Part shown: positions 1-9,764 of the stretch, piece by piece
Position numbering within the stretch: position 1 is the stretch's first letter
Layout: the number at the start of each line of letters is the position of its first letter
DNA from: Desulfobacteraceae bacterium UBA5616
Lineage (GTDB): Bacteria > Desulfobacterota > Desulfobacteria > Desulfobacterales > UBA5616
Length of the DNA: 64,000 nucleotides
Direction: 5' to 3'
Assembly (NCBI GenBank): GCA_002423615.1
Contig: DIKO01000047.1
Coordinates: 5,947-69,946, forward strand
Notes under the pieces: model-generated
Seen by the model: the letters and a program-made list of their open reading frames with translations, nothing else
The model's database searches: none
What the model was told of the DNA's origin: nothing
Translations under genes and position numbers: made by a program

Positions 1-213
1 GACGAATTCCTCTCTCAGGTCATCAATGTACACCTTTGCGGCCCCGGTGGCCACGGCCTTATCCTCCAGGTGATTCAGTTCTTCCTCCTGCCCGATATCC
101 GCGGAGAAGGTGATGACCTCACAGCCATAAGTTTCGATGAGCCATTTTAGGATCACCGACGTATCCAGTCCCCCCGAATACGCCAGTACGACTTTTTTAA
201 TGTTTTTCTTCAC
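1..213 (-). CDS. argG: argininosuccinate synthase, N-terminal part (gene runs off the left edge of the window)
   Basis: Reverse-strand translation from GTG at 211-213 reads [45 protein letters not shown], containing the [12 protein letters not shown]-pyrophosphatase motif of ArgG. AAGGAAG Shine-Dalgarno lies just upstream. Absent from the ORF track because it is truncated. Confidence 0.85.
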   Translation of the reverse strand, partial: MKKNIKKVVLAYSGGLDTSVILKWLIETYGCEVITFSADIGQEEELNHLEDKAVATGAAKVYIDDLREEFV

Positions 214-305
214 GTTTTTCTTCCTTGTGCGTAAAAAATTATGAAACCACGCCGGGTATGGAAACCCGGCTTACCGGTTTTTCCCCGGGACATGAATCGA
301 CATCT

Positions 306-1226
306 CTAATCGGATAAAAAGTCTTCCAGTATGGCCTTGTTCATGTGCATCTTGTTTTCGGACTGATCCCAGACCACCGATCTTTTGCCTTCCAGGACTT
401 CCTCACTGATTTCCTCCCCACGGTGAGCAGGGAGACAGTGCATGACGATGGCATCGGGGGAAGCCTTATCCACCAGGGCCTGGTTGACTTCAAAGGGCTG
501 AAAAACCCGTTTCCGCTTGGCGTGCTCACTTTCCCGGCCCATGCTGGCCCATACATCGGTGTAAACCACATCGGCATTTTTCACGGCCTCGCACGGGTTG
601 GATGTCAGGGTGATATTGCCGGTTTCCCGGGACAGGGCTCGATTCAGGATTTCCGGGTCCGGCGCATATCCGGGCGGGCAGGCCAGGGTGAGGTTCAGGC
701 CCAGAATGGCCGCGGCATTGATCCAGGAATGGGCCACATTGTTGCCGTCTCCGACCCAGGCGATTTTTAACCCTTTATAATCCCCCTTATATTCGATCAC
801 CGTCATGATGTCGCTTAAGACCTGAGTGGGATGGTAGAGATCGGTCAGGGCGTTGATCACGGGAATTTCGGCAAACTGAGCGAATTCTTTTAAAAATTCC
901 TGGGAGTAGGTCCGGATCACCAATCCGTCGATATACCGGCTCAGGACCCTGGCCGTATCCCTGACCGGCTCGTCGCGGGCGATCTGGGTATCCTTGGAGC
1001 TGATAAAAATAGGAGTTCCACCCAGTTGAATCATCGCCGTCTCAAAAGATATCCGGGTCCGGGTTGAAGGCTTGTCAAAAATCAGGCCGATGGTCTTTCC
1101 CGTCAATGCCCGGATGATCTGCCCTTCCTTATGGCTTTTTTTAAGCTTAAGCGACCGGTTGAACAGCCTGTCAAAATCTTCCTTGTCCAGTTCAAGCAAT
1201 GTCAATAGATCTTTTTTCACCCGCAC
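306..1226 (-). CDS. argF: ornithine carbamoyltransferase
   Basis: 306-aa ORF with the carbamoyl-phosphate motif FDKPSTRTRISFE, plus HPTQ and HCLPAHRGEE motifs. AGGAGG lies upstream; the true start may be the second GTG at 1220. Confidence 0.93.
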   Translation of the reverse strand: MRVKKDLLTLLELDKEDFDRLFNRSLKLKKSHKEGQIIRALTGKTIGLIFDKPSTRTRISFETAMIQLGGTPIFISSKDTQIARDEPVRDTARVLSRYIDGLVIRTYSQEFLKEFAQFAEIPVINALTDLYHPTQVLSDIMTVIEYKGDYKGLKIAWVGDGNNVAHSWINAAAILGLNLTLACPPGYAPDPEILNRALSRETGNITLTSNPCEAVKNADVVYTDVWASMGRESEHAKRKRVFQPFEVNQALVDKASPDAIVMHCLPAHRGEEISEEVLEGKRSVVWDQSENKMHMNKAILEDFLSD

Positions 1227-1242
1227 CTCCTGCCGTCGCCCG

Positions 1243-2421
1243 TTACAAAATGTCGTCCAGGCAATCGATCAAGGCATCGATTTCTTTTTCCGTAATGATC
1301 AGGGGGGGAACAAATCTCAAGATCCTGCCCTGTATGCAGTTGATAAGAAAACCTTTTTCAATGCAGGCTCTCACAACGGCATCACCGTCGGCCTCAAGCT
1401 CCATGCCGAGCATCAATCCCTTGCCCCGCACATCCACAATCTGGGTGTGCCGGTCTTTTAACCACAGGAGCCGGTTCGTAAAATACCGGCCCATGGCCCG
1501 GCAATGGGAAAGAATTTCGTCGGTCTTCACCCGGTTTAAGACAGCAAGGGAGGCCGCGGTAACGATGGGCGTTCCACCGAAGGTGCTCGCGTGTGCGCCC
1601 GGCCCGAAGGCTTCGGCAACGGCTTCCGTTGCCAGCATGGCGCCGATGGGCAGTCCGTTGGCCAGGGCTTTGGCCAGGGTCATGATATCCGGGACCACGC
1701 CGAAATGCTCATGGGCGAACAGTTTCCCGGTGCGGCCCATGCCCGTCTGGATCTCATCAAAAATCAACAGGATGTCCTCTTTGTAACACAACTCCCGGAC
1801 CGCTTTCAGATAGCCCTCGTCCGGGCAGTTCACCCCGCCCTCTCCCTGGATAGGCTCCAGCAGGATCGCACAGGTCTGCTCGTCAATTTTTTCGATAAGC
1901 GCCTCAACATCATTGAAGGGAACAAAATCAAATCCCTCGAGAATGGGATCGAAACCTTTTTTGATTTTATCCTGGCCCGTGGCCGAGAGGGTCGCCATGG
2001 TCCTTCCATGGAAACTCTGTTTCATCGAGATGATGCGGTACCGCTCATTCTGGCCCTTGTCCTTGAAATATTTCCGGGCCAGCTTGATGGCGGCCTCATT
2101 GGCCTCGGCACCGCTGTTGCAGAAAAATACGCGATCGGCAAAGCTGCTCTCGACCAGGGCCTTTGCAAGGTTGACCTGGGGGATGGTGTAATACAGGTTG
2201 GACACGTGGAAAAGCGCCTTCGCCTGTTCCGTCAGGGCTGACACAACTTCCGGATGCGCATGACCCAGATTGCACACGGCGATGCCGGCCAGAAAATCCA
2301 GGTAGGATTTCCCCTGTGTGTCCCACAGCCTGCATCCCTCTCCTTTTTCCAGCACAATGGGAAACCGGTTGTAAGTATTGGCGATGACCTGATCCGCAAT
2401 TTTCATGATATCTTGTTTCAT
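1243..2421 (-). CDS. argD: acetylornithine aminotransferase (class III PLP aminotransferase)
   Basis: 392 aa with class-III aminotransferase signatures ([45 protein letters not shown]). Sits between argB and argF with a 4-nt overlap to argB. Confidence 0.9.
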   Translation of the reverse strand: MKQDIMKIADQVIANTYNRFPIVLEKGEGCRLWDTQGKSYLDFLAGIAVCNLGHAHPEVVSALTEQAKALFHVSNLYYTIPQVNLAKALVESSFADRVFFCNSGAEANEAAIKLARKYFKDKGQNERYRIISMKQSFHGRTMATLSATGQDKIKKGFDPILEGFDFVPFNDVEALIEKIDEQTCAILLEPIQGEGGVNCPDEGYLKAVRELCYKEDILLIFDEIQTGMGRTGKLFAHEHFGVVPDIMTLAKALANGLPIGAMLATEAVAEAFGPGAHASTFGGTPIVTAASLAVLNRVKTDEILSHCRAMGRYFTNRLLWLKDRHTQIVDVRGKGLMLGMELEADGDAVVRACIEKGFLINCIQGRILRFVPPLIITEKEIDALIDCLDDIL

Positions 2422-3293
2422 TGAACGACTTCCGTTCCTATTCCCTTATCGGTGAAAAGTTCCAGCAGCACGGCATGCCGCTTTATCCCGTTGATCAACT
2501 GCACTTTTTCCACGCCGTTGGCAATGGCGTCCATGGCATATTCGATTTTGGGGATCATGCCTCCCGTGATAACCCGGTCTTTGATCATATGCCGGACGTC
2601 TCCGGCGCTTATGGAAGAGATCAGCTTTCCATCCGCATCCAGGACGCCATCCACATCGGTCAGAAAAATCAACCGTCCGGCACCCAGCGCGATGGCGACC
2701 TTTCCGGCCACCAGGTCGGCGTTGATGTTGAAGGTTTCCCCATTGTCGCCCGTGCCCACCGGAGCAATGATCGGAATGAAGCCATGACGCGCCAGGGTGT
2801 TGATCAGATCGGGGTTGATGTGGGTGACTTCCCCCACCAACCCGGGATCGATGATCTCCGGAGGTTTGGCATCGTCTTCCTGATGAACGATGTGAAGCTT
2901 TCGGGCCCGGATGAGTTCGCCGTCCTTGCCGCTCAACCCTACGGCTTTTCCCCCCTGCCGGCTGATGCCCGCGACGATTTCCTTGTTCACTTTTCCGCCC
3001 AGGACCATTTCCACAACGTCCATGGTCTCCTGGTCGGTAAGCCGCATTCCCCGCACAAACTGGGGCCGGATGCCCATGCGATCCAGAGTTTGGTTGATCT
3101 GAGGTCCTCCGCCATGGACAACCACGGGATTCAACCCCACAAATTTCATCAGTGTGATGTCCCTGGCGAAATCCTTTTTGAGGTCTTCGTCCACCATGGC
3201 GTGCCCCCCGTATTTCACCACAACGGTCATCCCGGAAAATTTCCGGATATAAGGCAACGCCTCGATCAATATGTCCGCAACATTGGGATTCAT
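2418..3293 (-). CDS. argB: acetylglutamate kinase
   Basis: Amino-acid kinase family ([28 protein letters not shown]). The ORF extends to 3314, but ATG at 3293 (MNPNVADIL) follows GGAGGGGAG, so I prefer that start. Confidence 0.9.
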   Translation of the reverse strand: MNPNVADILIEALPYIRKFSGMTVVVKYGGHAMVDEDLKKDFARDITLMKFVGLNPVVVHGGGPQINQTLDRMGIRPQFVRGMRLTDQETMDVVEMVLGGKVNKEIVAGISRQGGKAVGLSGKDGELIRARKLHIVHQEDDAKPPEIIDPGLVGEVTHINPDLINTLARHGFIPIIAPVGTGDNGETFNINADLVAGKVAIALGAGRLIFLTDVDGVLDADGKLISSISAGDVRHMIKDRVITGGMIPKIEYAMDAIANGVEKVQLINGIKRHAVLLELFTDKGIGTEVVQ

Positions 3294-3299
3294 CTCCCC

Positions 3300-3348
3300 T
3301 CCCCTATCACCCATCGCCTATCGCCTATTGCCTAAAGCCTATCGCCTA
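3300..3348 (-). repeat. seven tandem heptamers (consensus TAGGCGA on the minus strand) filling the hslU-argB spacer
   Basis: Minus strand reads TAGGCGA TAGGCTT TAGGCAA TAGGCGA TAGGCGA TGGGTGA TAGGGGA, followed by GGGGAG ATG. The first TAG is the hslU stop codon and the last units merge into the argB Shine-Dalgarno. Confidence 0.9.
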
Positions 3349-4713
3349 CAATATATACCGGCTCAAATCCTCGTCTTCCTTGATATCCTTGAGTTTTTCG
3401 CGGACATGGGTCTGATCGATGACGATGTGGCTTTCCGCCGTATCCGGCGCGTCAAACAAAACATCCTCCAGCAGGCATTCCATCAGGGTATGCAGGCGTC
3501 TGGCGCCTATGTTTTCCGTCATTTCATTGACTTCCTGGGCGATCTTGGCGATTTCCGTGACTGCCTCGTCGGTAAAGGCGATATCCACGCCCTCGGTCCG
3601 TAACAGGGCGATATACTGAAGCACCAGCGAGTTTTTCGGTTCCACCAGGATACGCCTGAATTCTTCATGGCCCAGGGCATTGAGCTCCACCCGGATGGGG
3701 AACCTCCCCTGGAGTTCGGGAATCAGGTCCGATGGTTTAACCGTGTGAAACGCGCCGGACGCCACAAAAAGTACATGGTCTGTTTTGACCGGACCGTATT
3801 TGGTCATGACGGTGCATCCCTCCACCAGGGGAAGGAGATCCCGCTGCACGCCTTCCCGGGAAACATCCGGCCCGTGCCCTCCGTCTTTTCCCACAATTTT
3901 ATCGATCTCATCCAGAAAAACGATGCCGGATTGCTCCACCCGTTCAACGGCAGTCTTGACCACCTTTTCCATGTCGACCAGTGCCTGGGCTTCTTCCTGG
4001 ACGAGAATATCGAGCGCCTCGGAGACTTTGAGTTTGCGCCTTTTGGTATTTTTCGGCATGAGGCCGCCCAGCATATCCTTCAGATTGATCCCCAGCTCTT
4101 CCATGCCCACATTTGAGAAAACCTCAATAACCGGCATGTTCCGGTCCGAAACTTCCATGTCCACCGTCCGGTCGTTCAGCTTGTTTTCCCGAAGCATTTT
4201 TCTGAGCTTCTCCCGGGTGGTGGATGAGGCAGGCGCATCCACAACCGTCTGGCCGTCGGCTATGGCATTCAATTCCCCGCCTGTTGGGAAAGAGACCGAT
4301 TGGGGCAGCAGAAGATCAAGAAGCTTTTCCTCGGCCATTTCCCCGGCCTTGCCCCTGACTGCTTCCTGTTCGTCTGATTTCACCTTATTGACCGTTAATT
4401 CCAGAAGGTCCCGGATCATGGATTCGACATCCCGGCCAACGTAGCCGACTTCCGTGAATTTCGAAGCTTCCACCTTGATGAAGGGTGAATGGGTCAGTTT
4501 GGAAAGCCGGCGGGCGATCTCCGTTTTTCCCACGCCCGTAGGTCCGATAAGGATGATGTTTTTCGGGGCGATCTCATCGCGCAGGCCCTCGGGGACATTT
4601 CGCCTTCGCCATCGGTTTCTCAGGGCGATGGCGACAAAGCGCTTGGCCTTGTGCTGACCGACAATGTATTTATCCAGTTCTTTTACGATTTCAGACGGTT
4701 TCAAATCAGACAT
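3346..4713 (-). CDS. hslU: ATP-dependent protease ATPase subunit HslU
   Basis: 455 aa with N-terminal [27 protein letters not shown], Walker [18 protein letters not shown] and Walker [11 protein letters not shown]. Lies directly downstream of hslV. Confidence 0.95.
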   Translation of the reverse strand: MSDLKPSEIVKELDKYIVGQHKAKRFVAIALRNRWRRRNVPEGLRDEIAPKNIILIGPTGVGKTEIARRLSKLTHSPFIKVEASKFTEVGYVGRDVESMIRDLLELTVNKVKSDEQEAVRGKAGEMAEEKLLDLLLPQSVSFPTGGELNAIADGQTVVDAPASSTTREKLRKMLRENKLNDRTVDMEVSDRNMPVIEVFSNVGMEELGINLKDMLGGLMPKNTKRRKLKVSEALDILVQEEAQALVDMEKVVKTAVERVEQSGIVFLDEIDKIVGKDGGHGPDVSREGVQRDLLPLVEGCTVMTKYGPVKTDHVLFVASGAFHTVKPSDLIPELQGRFPIRVELNALGHEEFRRILVEPKNSLVLQYIALLRTEGVDIAFTDEAVTEIAKIAQEVNEMTENIGARRLHTLMECLLEDVLFDAPDTAESHIVIDQTHVREKLKDIKEDEDLSRYIL

Positions 4714-4749
4714 GGGGTATGCTCTATCCTCGGCCGGGAATCATCGCCT

Positions 4750-5298
4750 TTAAAGTTGTTCAATGGTAATGCTCGAATTGGTGTATACGCAAAGAGATGC
4801 CGCGATCTTCATGGCGGCCTCCACGATTTCTCCGGCTTCCATTCCGGTGTATTCGAACAGGGCCATCGCAGCGGCTTGGGCACCCACGCCTCCCGACCCG
4901 ATGCCCATAACCCCGTTATCAGGTTCCATGACATCGCCGTTACCTGAAATAAGATACATGTGGCTTTCATCCACGGCGATCATGACGGCTTCAAGCCTTC
5001 TCAAATACTTGTCCGTCCGCCAGTCTTTGGCCAACTCCACGGCCGAGCGGGTGAGATTTCCGTTAAACCGCTCCAGTTTGGCTTCCAGGCGCTCTGAAAG
5101 ATTCATGGCATCCGCTGTGGCCCCGGCAAATCCGACGATGATTTTATCATTGTAGATTCTTCGCACTTTTTTGGCCATATGCTTGACCACCGTATTGTTC
5201 AAGGTAACCTGGCCGTCCCCTGCGACAGCTGTTTTTCCGTTTCGCCTGACCGCCAAAATGGTTGTCCCGTGAAAATCCATGGCATTGCTCCAGCTCAT
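4750..5298 (-). CDS. hslV: ATP-dependent protease subunit HslV
   Basis: Ntn-hydrolase start [24 protein letters not shown]. The ORF track extends to 5469, but that part overlaps xerC. ATG at 5298 lies 5 nt downstream of the xerC stop; an alternative ATG is at 5280. Confidence 0.9.
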   Translation of the reverse strand: MSWSNAMDFHGTTILAVRRNGKTAVAGDGQVTLNNTVVKHMAKKVRRIYNDKIIVGFAGATADAMNLSERLEAKLERFNGNLTRSAVELAKDWRTDKYLRRLEAVMIAVDESHMYLISGNGDVMEPDNGVMGIGSGGVGAQAAAMALFEYTGMEAGEIVEAAMKIAASLCVYTNSSITIEQL

Positions 5299-5302
5299 CC
5301 GC

Positions 5303-6235
5303 TCACCTTCTGGGATGGGACTTGTCATAAACCCGCATGATTTGGTCAATACTGACATGGGTATATTTCTGGGTCGTTGACAGGCTTTCATGGCCCAGAA
5401 GCTCCTGCACCACCCGGAGGTCCGCACCGGCATCCAGCATGTGGGTGGCGAAGGAGTGCCGGAAAGCATGGGGAGAAACCGGAACGGTCATTCCACACGC
5501 AGCAGCAAGCTGATCCAAAATTCTTGCGATGGACCGGGTGGAAAGCCGGGTTCCTGTTTTGTTCAGAAACATGGGACCCTGTTCTCCGAATTCCCCGTCT
5601 GCAGCAGATTTCTTCAACCAGCTGCGGTACACCGACAGGGTTTCGATTGCTTTTTTGCCGATGGGGATAATGCGTTCCTTGTTCCCTTTTCCCCTGACCC
5701 GGATAATTCCCCGTGACATATCCACATCGGCCACATTCATCCCGGACAATTCCGACACCCGCATCCCGGTTGAATACATCACCTCAAAAACCGCCCTGTT
5801 CCGGATCGATAGGAGCGTATCCCCCTGAATGGAATCCAGCAGACGAAACATATCGTCAACCGTAAGGTATGCGGGGATGTTCCGATCCTGCTTGGGTGAA
5901 TGGATCATATCCGCCGGATTGCTGCTTATCACGCCATGTTTGACCAGGAATTGAAAAAACATCCGAATGGCGGAAAGCTTCCGGGCGATCGTGGATCTGG
6001 CGTTCTTTTTTTTGTAGAGATACCCCAAAAATCCCCTGATGGCCAGGCCATCCACCGTTTCAACGTTGACCCGGCCTTCTTCCCCATAAGCCGAAGCATC
6101 ATACCCGGCCAGGAACGCGGCAAACTCTCCGATATCCTTTCCATAGGCCCGGCAGGTGTTTCCCGAATATCCCTTCTCCGCTGCAAGAGCATCCACAAAA
6201 GACGCGACCAGCACATCAATGGAGGTTGATTTCAT
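5303..6235 (-). CDS. xerC: tyrosine site-specific recombinase XerC/XerD family
   Basis: C-terminal catalytic region TGMRVSEL ... [39 protein letters not shown] (R-H-R-Y). ATG at 6235 is preceded by GGGAGGGGG; the ORF can extend to 6295. Conserved xerC-hslV-hslU order. Confidence 0.85.
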   Translation of the reverse strand: MKSTSIDVLVASFVDALAAEKGYSGNTCRAYGKDIGEFAAFLAGYDASAYGEEGRVNVETVDGLAIRGFLGYLYKKKNARSTIARKLSAIRMFFQFLVKHGVISSNPADMIHSPKQDRNIPAYLTVDDMFRLLDSIQGDTLLSIRNRAVFEVMYSTGMRVSELSGMNVADVDMSRGIIRVRGKGNKERIIPIGKKAIETLSVYRSWLKKSAADGEFGEQGPMFLNKTGTRLSTRSIARILDQLAAACGMTVPVSPHAFRHSFATHMLDAGADLRVVQELLGHESLSTTQKYTHVSIDQIMRVYDKSHPRR

Positions 6236-6305
6236 ATTCCCCCTCCCGGGAATATCCCGACCGGCTGTTCCCCGGTTATCTGTAACCGGCGTCATGCGCA
6301 GCGTA

Positions 6306-6647
6306 TCAGGCCGCCACCCGACGGGTTTTCTTTTTCAGCCGGATGATCCGTTTCCGATAAATGGCAGCCATTTTCTCATCTTCGGATTTCAGAGCCGATT
6401 CCCTGACGGATTTCAGTTTTCTGATCTTCTCCTTGAGTTCCCTGGCGGAGTCCCCTTTTGGCCTGGGAGTTTCATCCGCAATTCCTCTGGACAATTTAAT
6501 CTGGCTGATCAATTCGGCTTTGTTCATGCCATGAACACCTGAAATTTCCGGTATCTTCATGGCCATTTCCCTCAAGTCCTTTGACGTCATCTTTTCCAGG
6601 GGTTTTTCTTTGCCTTCTTTTTTCTTTCCGCCCATTTCTATAAACAT
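6306..6647 (-). CDS. small basic protein with a Rho_N/SAP-like helix-extended-helix motif, function unknown
   Basis: MTSKDLREMAMKIPEISGVHGMNKAELISQIKL resembles the Rho N-terminal (Rho_N) motif. Both termini are Lys/Arg-rich. AAGGAG lies at 6648-6653; the start is ATG 6647 or, with better spacing, ATG 6635. Confidence 0.55.
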   Translation of the reverse strand: MFIEMGGKKKEGKEKPLEKMTSKDLREMAMKIPEISGVHGMNKAELISQIKLSRGIADETPRPKGDSARELKEKIRKLKSVRESALKSEDEKMAAIYRKRIIRLKKKTRRVAA

Positions 6648-6870
6648 CTCCTTTTTTATCTTTTTTACCTTCGCCACATTACCGGTTGGAAACACGAACG
6701 GAGGCCAACAGACCTCCGTCCTCAAACCACGGAATTCAGTTTGATAAAACGCTCCTGCGTGTCTTAACGCGCCGGCAGATTAAAAAAAAATTATTAACCT
6801 ATTCGTTATTGGAATGTCAATAGCCTGCCCCTCTTCCGGGTTTGTTTTGCTTGATTTTTTCCGAAATCCG

Positions 6871-7641
6871 TCAGGATTGTTCTTCCTTCTTCCCGGCCCG
6901 GGCAAAAAAAGGTTTAAACAAATCCATGGGTATGGGGAAGATGGTGTTGGTATTGCTCTCCGTGGACATCTCATTGATCGTCTGCAAGTAACGGAGCTGA
7001 AGGGCGATGGGATGATCCTGGATGACGGCGGCGGCCTCGGCGAGCTTGGCGGAAGCCTGAAATTCTCCTTCCGCGTTGATTACCTTTGCCCGCCTTTCGC
7101 GTTCCGCTTCAGCCTGTTTGGCCATGGCCCTCTGCATTTCCTGGGGAAGGTCGATATGTTTAAGCTCTACCGTGGCCACTTTAATACCCCAGGGATCGGT
7201 ATGGGCGTCGAGAATTTCCTGAAGCTCCAGGTTGAGCTTTTCCCGTTCGGCCAGGAGATCATCCAGTTCGGCCTGTCCGCATACGCTCCGGATGGTGGTC
7301 TGGGCCAGCTGGGACATGGCATAACTGTAGTCCTCCACTTCAACAATGGCCTTGGTGGGATCGATGACCCGGAAATAGATCACTGCGTTCACCTTCACAG
7401 ACACGTTATCGCGGGTGATCACGTCCTGGGGATCGACATCCATGGTCACGAGCCGCAAACTGACCTTCACCATCTTGTCCACCACCGGTATCAGGATAAT
7501 CAATCCCGGTCCCTTTGCCGCGATGACCCTCCCCAGTCGAAATATAACCCCTCGTTCATATTCATTTAAAATTTTGATGGCAGAGGTCAGAAAAAAAATC
7601 AAAATAACCAGTATGGCGATAATTTGAAAAATCATATGCAT
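6871..7641 (-). CDS. SPFH/band-7 (stomatin/slipin-like) membrane protein
   Basis: 256 aa with an N-terminal TM helix followed by an SPFH core ([28 protein letters not shown], coiled-coil [11 protein letters not shown]). Lies downstream of the nfeD partner. Confidence 0.88.
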   Translation of the reverse strand: MHMIFQIIAILVILIFFLTSAIKILNEYERGVIFRLGRVIAAKGPGLIILIPVVDKMVKVSLRLVTMDVDPQDVITRDNVSVKVNAVIYFRVIDPTKAIVEVEDYSYAMSQLAQTTIRSVCGQAELDDLLAEREKLNLELQEILDAHTDPWGIKVATVELKHIDLPQEMQRAMAKQAEAERERRAKVINAEGEFQASAKLAEAAAVIQDHPIALQLRYLQTINEMSTESNTNTIFPIPMDLFKPFFARAGKKEEQS

Positions 7642-7693
7642 CTCCCTTCCGCGTCAATGACCCGCATTTTGATAGTTCAGCGCTTACCCTTGT

Positions 7694-8989
7694 TTATCCC
7701 TTCACAACCGGAGGGGTTTCGGGTTCCACCTCCAGCCTCAGATTATCCACCTTCACCACTCTGACTTTGGCGCCCTCTTCAACGGCCTGACTTGCCGTCG
7801 CGTTCCAGATCTCTCCATGAACAAAAACCTTGCCTTCGGGATTCAATCTCTTTTTGACGATGCCGATTTCTCCCACAAGCCCCCTTTGGCCGGTCATGGG
7901 GCGGGACCTCTGTGTCCTGAACACCAGCCCGGCAACGACCACGAAAAATCCGCTTACCAGAACCAGGGTCGGCAAGAGCACCTGCCAGGAAATCTCGACT
8001 TCCGGGCTTCCGCCTTCAAAAAGCATCAATGATCCCAAAAGAAAACTCACAACCCCGGCAAGGCTTAAAAGCCCGTAACTGGCCACCTTCATTTCCAGGA
8101 TGAAAAAAATAATGGCCAGCACAATCAAAAGAATGCCCGCATAATTCACCGGAAGGGTCTGAAAGGCGAAAAATGCGAGGATAATGCAGATACCGCCGAC
8201 CACGCCGGGGAAAATAGCACCCGGATGGGCCAGTTCAAAATACAGCCCGGACATGCCGATCATCATCAAAATATAGGCTATGTTGGGATTGCCGATGGTC
8301 TTTAAGATTTTGGTCCTTATCCCCTCTTCGATGACCTTGACCACGGCATTGTCCAGTTCGAGTTTGCCCTTTCCCTCAATTTCAATTCCTTTGATTTTGG
8401 AAATCAACTCGTCCCGGTCTTTTGCGATGAATTCGATGACGTTGTTCTTCAGAGCCTCGGTCTCCGTAGCCGAAGCGCTTTCCCGGATGGCCTTTTCCAC
8501 CCAGCCCGCATTTCTCCCTTTTTTCTGGGCAATGCTTCTGGAGCGGGCCACCATGTCATTGACGATTTTTTCATTCATGGTCCGGCTGATTTCATTTCCG
8601 CCCGTTCCCACCGGGTGAGCGGCCCCGATGTTGGTACCCGGCGCCATGGCCGCGATATCCGCCGCCATGGTAATCATCACGCCTGCGGATGCGGCTCTGG
8701 CACCACTGGGGGAGACATATACCACAATGGGGATCTGGCTGGCCAGAATACTCATCACAATGTCGTCCATGGAATCGGCCAGGCCGCCTGGAGTGTCCAA
8801 TTCAATGATCAGACAGGAGGCTTTTTCCCTGGAGGCTTTCCGGATTCCACTGCCGATAAAATCGGCGACGCCGGGGCTGATGGCGTCGGAAACCGTGATC
8901 ACATAAATCAGGTTTTCTTTTGCCGGGGCACCTGCGGGATTCAGTAAACAACAGGCCAAGAGACATAAAGACAGGAATCCGTATTTCAT
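7694..8989 (-). CDS. NfeD-family membrane-bound ClpP-class serine protease (long form)
   Basis: 431 aa with a signal peptide, a ClpP-like domain (LDTPGGLADS, SAGVMITMAADIAAMAPGT), several TM helices and a C-terminal OB-like NfeD domain (GKVFVHGEIWNA). Confidence 0.85.
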   Translation of the reverse strand: MKYGFLSLCLLACCLLNPAGAPAKENLIYVITVSDAISPGVADFIGSGIRKASREKASCLIIELDTPGGLADSMDDIVMSILASQIPIVVYVSPSGARAASAGVMITMAADIAAMAPGTNIGAAHPVGTGGNEISRTMNEKIVNDMVARSRSIAQKKGRNAGWVEKAIRESASATETEALKNNVIEFIAKDRDELISKIKGIEIEGKGKLELDNAVVKVIEEGIRTKILKTIGNPNIAYILMMIGMSGLYFELAHPGAIFPGVVGGICIILAFFAFQTLPVNYAGILLIVLAIIFFILEMKVASYGLLSLAGVVSFLLGSLMLFEGGSPEVEISWQVLLPTLVLVSGFFVVVAGLVFRTQRSRPMTGQRGLVGEIGIVKKRLNPEGKVFVHGEIWNATASQAVEEGAKVRVVKVDNLRLEVEPETPPVVKG

Positions 8990-9053
8990 GGCATTTTCCT
9001 TTGGATTTATTTATAAAGCGACGGCTTGCCCCTTTGGGCCTGATTTTTGAGTC

Positions 9054-9764
9054 TTACCTGGCCGGCGGTTCGATGCCCATGGCCTTCATGAGAAGTTTCA
9101 TGTCCTCCCAAACATCCCGTTTTTTATCAGGATTTCGCAGCAGGTAGGACGGGTGGTAGGTCGGCAACAACCGAATGCCGTTAAAATCGTAGAACCGGCC
9201 CCGTAATTTGGAAATGGGCAAATCGCTTTTCAGAAGAGTTCTCGCGGCCACACTTCCCAGGGCGCAAATGAAACCCGGCTTGACGGCGTCAATCTGCTGC
9301 TTTAAAAACGGAACGCAGGCGGCGACTTCATCGGGTTCGGGATTCCGGTTGTGGGGAGGACGGCATTTGACGATGTTGCAGATATAAACCCTGTCCCGGG
9401 TCAGCCCCATGGCCTCTATGATCCGGGTCAGCAAAATACCCGCAGGGCCCACAAAGGGCTCTCCGGTCTCATCCTCCTCTACCCCCGGCCCTTCACCGAT
9501 AAAAACCAGTTTTGCATGGGAGTCACCGGTTCCGAATACGATATTTTTTCTGGTTCCGTGGAGTTTGCACCGCCGGCAGTTCACCAAGCCGGAACGGATG
9601 GCAATCAGGTCTCCGGGGATCTTTTGAATCGGATGTTCCCACTCCTTAAGGGTCGCAAACGCCTTCTCCGAAGCGTCGAACCCGGTTATCCCCAGCTTTT
9701 TAAGAAAAACCAGATAGTCCCGGATTTCATCGATAACAGCAGGCGGGTTTTGATCCCGGGTCAT
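9054..9764 (-). CDS. uracil-DNA glycosylase, family 4
   Basis: Motif A GEGPGVEEDETGEPFVGPAG and motif B HPSYLLR, plus Cys residues (CRRCKLH, ICNIVKCRP) typical of the Fe-S family-4 UDGs. The start codon directly abuts the coaBC stop. Confidence 0.88.
   Translation of the reverse strand: MTRDQNPPAVIDEIRDYLVFLKKLGITGFDASEKAFATLKEWEHPIQKIPGDLIAIRSGLVNCRRCKLHGTRKNIVFGTGDSHAKLVFIGEGPGVEEDETGEPFVGPAGILLTRIIEAMGLTRDRVYICNIVKCRPPHNRNPEPDEVAACVPFLKQQIDAVKPGFICALGSVAARTLLKSDLPISKLRGRFYDFNGIRLLPTYHPSYLLRNPDKKRDVWEDMKLLMKAMGIEPPAR

Noticed and set aside
2421-3335. 304-aa ORF on the plus strand antisense to argB. Similar long antisense ORFs occur at 18971-19837 (opposite purB), 21683-22540 (opposite secD), 42881-43747 (opposite the DHS-like gene), 54604-55302 (opposite lpxA) and 55694-56629 (opposite lpxD).
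   Set aside because: Each lies entirely inside a gene with clear family motifs on the other strand. Their translations are low-complexity (Gly/Arg/Pro/His-rich), which is typical of stop-poor antisense frames in GC-rich coding DNA. No Shine-Dalgarno or recognisable family.
4750-5469. 239-aa version of the hslV ORF extending 170 nt into xerC.
   Set aside because: The extension has no HslV similarity and overlaps the conserved XerC catalytic C-terminus. The conserved HslV N-terminus (HGTTILAV) begins just after the ATG at 5298, immediately downstream of the xerC stop.
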